A stretch of 61,461 nt of DNA from Gemmatimonadota bacterium. GTDB lineage: Bacteria > Gemmatimonadota > Gemmatimonadetes > Gemmatimonadales > GWC2-71-9. Positions 58,099-61,461 of the stretch are shown piece after piece. The stretch is from NCBI GenBank assembly GCA_039586365.1, contig JBDHKN010000014.1, positions 1 through 61,461 on the forward strand. Reading direction: 5' to 3'. Below the pieces are notes generated by a model, which did not search any database, had not been told where the DNA came from, and worked only from the letters and a program-made list of their open reading frames with translations. Made by a program: the position numbers and the translations under genes. Position 1 is the stretch's first letter, and every line of letters begins with the position of its first letter.

Positions 58099-59298
58099 CT
58101 ACGCCAAGACTTGTCGTATCTCCCCCAGCGCCCACTCGAGTGTCTCTTGCTCAATAACCAACGGAGGAGCAAACCGTATCACCTGCTCATGAGTCTCCTT
58201 GGCGAGGATGCCACGCTCCATCAGGGCCTCACAGAAGGGCCGCGCGGTGCCGCTTTCGCCGCGAACGACGACACCGATCAACAGGCCCTTGCCTCTCACC
58301 TCCGACACGTGAGCGGATCCTAAAGCACGGAGTTGCTCCATGAACCAGTTACCCAACTCGTTAGCACGTTCGGGCAGCCGCTCTTCGACGAGTACCTTGA
58401 GGGCCGCCCGGGCGATGGCCGCACCCAACGGGTTTCCACCAAAAGTGGATCCATGGTCGCCAGGTGCGAAGACGTCCATCACCTCCCGGTCTGACAGCAT
58501 GGCCGAAACCGGATAGAATCCGCCGCTCAGCGCCTTTCCCACCATTACGACGTCAGCTCTCACATCCTCCCAATCGCTGGCGAACCAGCGGCCCGTGCGG
58601 CCCAGTCCAGTCTGGATCTCATCGGCCATGAACAACACGTCATTGTCATGGCACAGCTTATAGGCGTCGCGCAGATATCCTTCCGGAGGTATCACCACGC
58701 CACCTTCACCTTGAATGGGCTCGACTAGGAAACCAGCAGTGTTGGGCGTGATCGCCGCTGCCAACGCCGCGGTATCCCCGTAGGGAATCGTAACGAATCC
58801 GGGAGTCAACGGTCCGAAGCCATTCCGATACGACTCCTCGGTGGAGAACGACACGATGGTGGTCGTCCTCCCGTGGAAGTTGTTCTCACAGACGATGATC
58901 TCCGCCTGGTTGTCGGGGATCCCTTTCACACGATAGCCCCAGCGTCGCACGGCCTTGATGGCGGTCTCCACCGCCTCCGCTCCAGTATTCATCGGCAACG
59001 CCTTCTCATACCCTGTCAGTTCACACAACTCCCGCAAGAATGGTCCCATCTCGTCGTTGTGGAATGCACGAGATGTGAGCGTCAGCCGGTCGAGTTGCCG
59101 TTTGGCAGCCTGAACGATTGCCGGATGGCGGTGTCCCTGATTGACCGCTGAGTAGGCAGATAGACAGTCGAGGTACTTGTTCCCATCCACGTCCCAAACC
59201 CACGCACCCTCTCCCCGTTCGAGGACTACCGGAAGCGGATGGTAGTTGTGAGCGCCGTACAGGTCGGCTTCGGCGATGTAATCTGCGGTACTTGGCAT
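58099..59298 (-). CDS. rocD: Ornithine--oxo-acid transaminase
   Basis: GAHNYHPLPVV, SAYSAVNQGH, EPIQGEGG, DEIQTGLGRTG, GKALSGG, HGSTFGGNP. Confidence 0.96.
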   Translation of the reverse strand: MPSTADYIAEADLYGAHNYHPLPVVLERGEGAWVWDVDGNKYLDCLSAYSAVNQGHRHPAIVQAAKRQLDRLTLTSRAFHNDEMGPFLRELCELTGYEKALPMNTGAEAVETAIKAVRRWGYRVKGIPDNQAEIIVCENNFHGRTTTIVSFSTEESYRNGFGPLTPGFVTIPYGDTAALAAAITPNTAGFLVEPIQGEGGVVIPPEGYLRDAYKLCHDNDVLFMADEIQTGLGRTGRWFASDWEDVRADVVMVGKALSGGFYPVSAMLSDREVMDVFAPGDHGSTFGGNPLGAAIARAALKVLVEERLPERANELGNWFMEQLRALGSAHVSEVRGKGLLIGVVVRGESGTARPFCEALMERGILAKETHEQVIRFAPPLVIEQETLEWALGEIRQVLA

Positions 59299-59420
59299 GG
59301 TCGCTAGACTCTTCTCGGGCGTTCGGTTGGCTGTTTGATCTGCTGCGTGGGATGCCCCGCAGCGGCTGTTGCCTCAGCAACCTACATGGCGGGTGACCGG
59401 TAGTAAACTGGGAGTGAGGA

Positions 59421-59538
59421 GTTGGTGGAAGACGGTGAGGGACGGTGAGGGTAGCTGGTAGCTATCAGGCCGAATCCGCTTTCTGTGTCCCCCTCCACTC
59501 TTCACCATCTGCCACCGTCCTTCACCGTTCACCATCCC
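59421..59538. repeat. Inverted pair of decamer tandem arrays
   Basis: About 3 GACGGTGAGG-type units at 59421-59450 face CTTCACCGTC-like units at 59500-59538. Confidence 0.75.
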
Positions 59539-60561
59539 TTACCGTCTCAACAACAGCACCGCGAACTTCTTCTCATCATCGGTGAACACGCGCCGCACTT
59601 CAAACCCGAACTGCGCCAGGTCACGCTTCATGTCTTCCAGGATGAATTTCTTACTGATCTCGACCCTTACTTCTTCCCCGGCAGGAATTTTCACCACTTG
59701 ATGGAGCGGAGTGATCGAGATCTCCTGCTCCGTGAGAAAGCGAACCCGTATGTCGACCTCTTGCCGCTTCGAGTCGTAGGTTGCAACGTGCTCGATCCCG
59801 GCCAGATCGACACCGGCGTCGAGCTCCCGGTTCATCCGCGCAAAAATATTCTCCGTGAACTGCGCCGTGATGCCGGCGGAGTCATTGTATGCTGACTCTA
59901 GTATCGCTGCATCTTTGACAAGATCGATACCCAACAGGAAGTAGTCTCCCGCTGACAGACTGCCCGCGATGCGACTCAAAAACTCTGCTGTCTCTTCCTC
60001 ACTGAGATTCCCCAGCGTACTCCCAAGGAACAGCACTAGCGATGGAGAGTGCTCGCGGAACAGCGAGAAAGCCAGCTCATACTGACCCACGATGCCCACG
60101 ACCTGTACCGCCGGGTGCCGTGCAGTGATGTTCCGAGCTGCGATCCTCAGAGCGGATTCACTGATATCCACCGGCATGTATCGCACGTTGTGATCCTTCC
60201 TGCTGTACGCTGCAAGCAGGTAGTCGGTCTTGACCGAAGTGCCGGACCCAAGCTCAATCAATGTCACCTGCCCGGTTTCTTGCCGAATGTCAGCAGCGTG
60301 CCGCGCCAAGATCGAGGCTTCCGTGCGAGTCAGGTAGTATTCCGGAAGCTCGCAGATCTTCTCGAACAGCTCGCTACCTCGGTGGTCGTACAAATAGCGA
60401 CACGGTAGTGAGCGCGGATGAGCGGTCAACCCCTCGGCTGCTGCCGTTGCGAAGTCGAGGATCGGATCCCCTTCCAGCCGTTCCAGGACAACGAACTGGA
60501 CCTGTGCACCAGCCTGCCAAGAAATGCGATCTCTCCGGGTGATGACGGAACTTCCGGGCAT
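59539..60561 (-). CDS. egtD: L-histidine N(alpha)-methyltransferase
   Basis: YD.RGSELFE.IC.LPEYYLTRTE, ELGSG, FLGST.GN, G.DLVKD...AYNDSAG.TA.F, EIS.KF. Confidence 0.92.
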   Translation of the reverse strand: MPGSSVITRRDRISWQAGAQVQFVVLERLEGDPILDFATAAAEGLTAHPRSLPCRYLYDHRGSELFEKICELPEYYLTRTEASILARHAADIRQETGQVTLIELGSGTSVKTDYLLAAYSRKDHNVRYMPVDISESALRIAARNITARHPAVQVVGIVGQYELAFSLFREHSPSLVLFLGSTLGNLSEEETAEFLSRIAGSLSAGDYFLLGIDLVKDAAILESAYNDSAGITAQFTENIFARMNRELDAGVDLAGIEHVATYDSKRQEVDIRVRFLTEQEISITPLHQVVKIPAGEEVRVEISKKFILEDMKRDLAQFGFEVRRVFTDDEKKFAVLLLRR

Positions 60562-60837
60562 GGGAAGCGCTTTCGTGGGAATTCCAGGGAGCTTGCGAGG
60601 TGAGTTTCAGTGTATCCAACGTACGAAACGGCGCCGATCCGTGCAAGGTTGCGTCAGTAGGTTGCCGCAGCTCGCTATTGTGCAACATCACAGGCACCTC
60701 GAGCGTATTAGAGTTGGGGTGCCGCGAGCACCTGCCGTCACTGCGGTTGGTGCGGTGCCACAACCCCACTATCTTGCGCGGACCTTTTAGCTGACCGAGC
60801 ATACGTCCCCAAATTGAACGCCACACTTGAGGACTGC

Positions 60838-61461
60838 ATGAATAGATTAGCAGCAAGCATGACTCCGCTCTTGGTAGCCTCGCTGGTACCACTTGTTGCG
60901 GCCGGAGCCCAACAGCCTGTTCCACCATCAGAAACAGCCACAGGCCTCCGAGTGTTCCTCGACTGTCAGAGGGCTCGCTGCGACCAGGACCACTTTCGCC
61001 GCGAGATCAATTTCGTGAACCACGTGCGCGATCGCCGCGACGCCCAGGTGCACGTGCTCATCACGTCGCAGAGCACGGGCGGAGGCACCGAGTACACCTT
61101 CCTCTTCATCGGGCTGCAGGATTTTGCCGGAGCGGCGGACACGCTGCGATTTGTCACCAGCGCGACCGACACGCAAGACGAGCGCCGGGAAGGTCAGACG
61201 CAGACAATCAAACTCGGCTTGATGCACTATGTGGCCCACACTCCAATCGGTAACCTAGTCAATATCTCTTACCGAGCACCCCAACAGATCGTTTCGACCG
61301 GACAGGCCGTAAACGATCCCTGGAACTTCTGGGTGTTTCGGATACAAGCCGGCGGCAGGCTGGAGAAAGAGAGCCTAACCGACGAGTACTCCATAAACGG
61401 CTCCATTTCGGCAAACCGAACGACGGAGTTGTGGAAGACTTCGTTTTCTGCCAGAGGTAAC
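60838..61461 (+). CDS. Partial exported hypothetical protein, probably outer-membrane (runs off the window)
   Basis: Open frame MNRLAAS...AGA-QQ...VFLDC...CD..HFRREINFVNHVRDR...DPWNFWVF to the window end; GAGGA RBS. Missing from the ORF track because it has no stop. Confidence 0.85.
   Translation, partial: MNRLAASMTPLLVASLVPLVAAGAQQPVPPSETATGLRVFLDCQRARCDQDHFRREINFVNHVRDRRDAQVHVLITSQSTGGGTEYTFLFIGLQDFAGAADTLRFVTSATDTQDERREGQTQTIKLGLMHYVAHTPIGNLVNISYRAPQQIVSTGQAVNDPWNFWVFRIQAGGRLEKESLTDEYSINGSISANRTTELWKTSFSARGN

Noticed and set aside
1..61461. CRISPR array accompanying the Cas1-like fragment
   Set aside because: No repeat-spacer structure seen; the repeats found are 7, 10 or 21 bp tandem units without spacers.

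Overview
GC-rich bacterial window; the gene content suggests a Gemmatimonadota-like genome (inference, no marker gene present). It holds four intact membrane-anchored Hanks-type Ser/Thr kinase-TPR genes and four PadR + duplicated MacB/FtsX orphan-permease pairs with no ABC ATPase; three of these PadRs have their own palindromic operator. It also holds a nucleoside hydrolase-transporter-ribokinase operon, many exported hydrolases, an ECF sigma pair, a TonB-dependent receptor/peptidase pair, tRNA-Arg(UCG) and, at the right end, nfuA-like, rocD and egtD genes. The intergenic spaces are full of gene stubs. The most striking are two minus-strand relics flanking the first kinase pair that resemble the casposon hallmark genes Cas1-solo (about 6650-6889) and family B DNA polymerase (82-336), suggesting a decayed casposon-like element. 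Other stubs derive from kinase, PadR, VapC and dehydrogenase genes, and one kinase promoter/start stub appears fused to the nucleoside hydrolase. All family calls come from motif recognition by eye; no database search was run.
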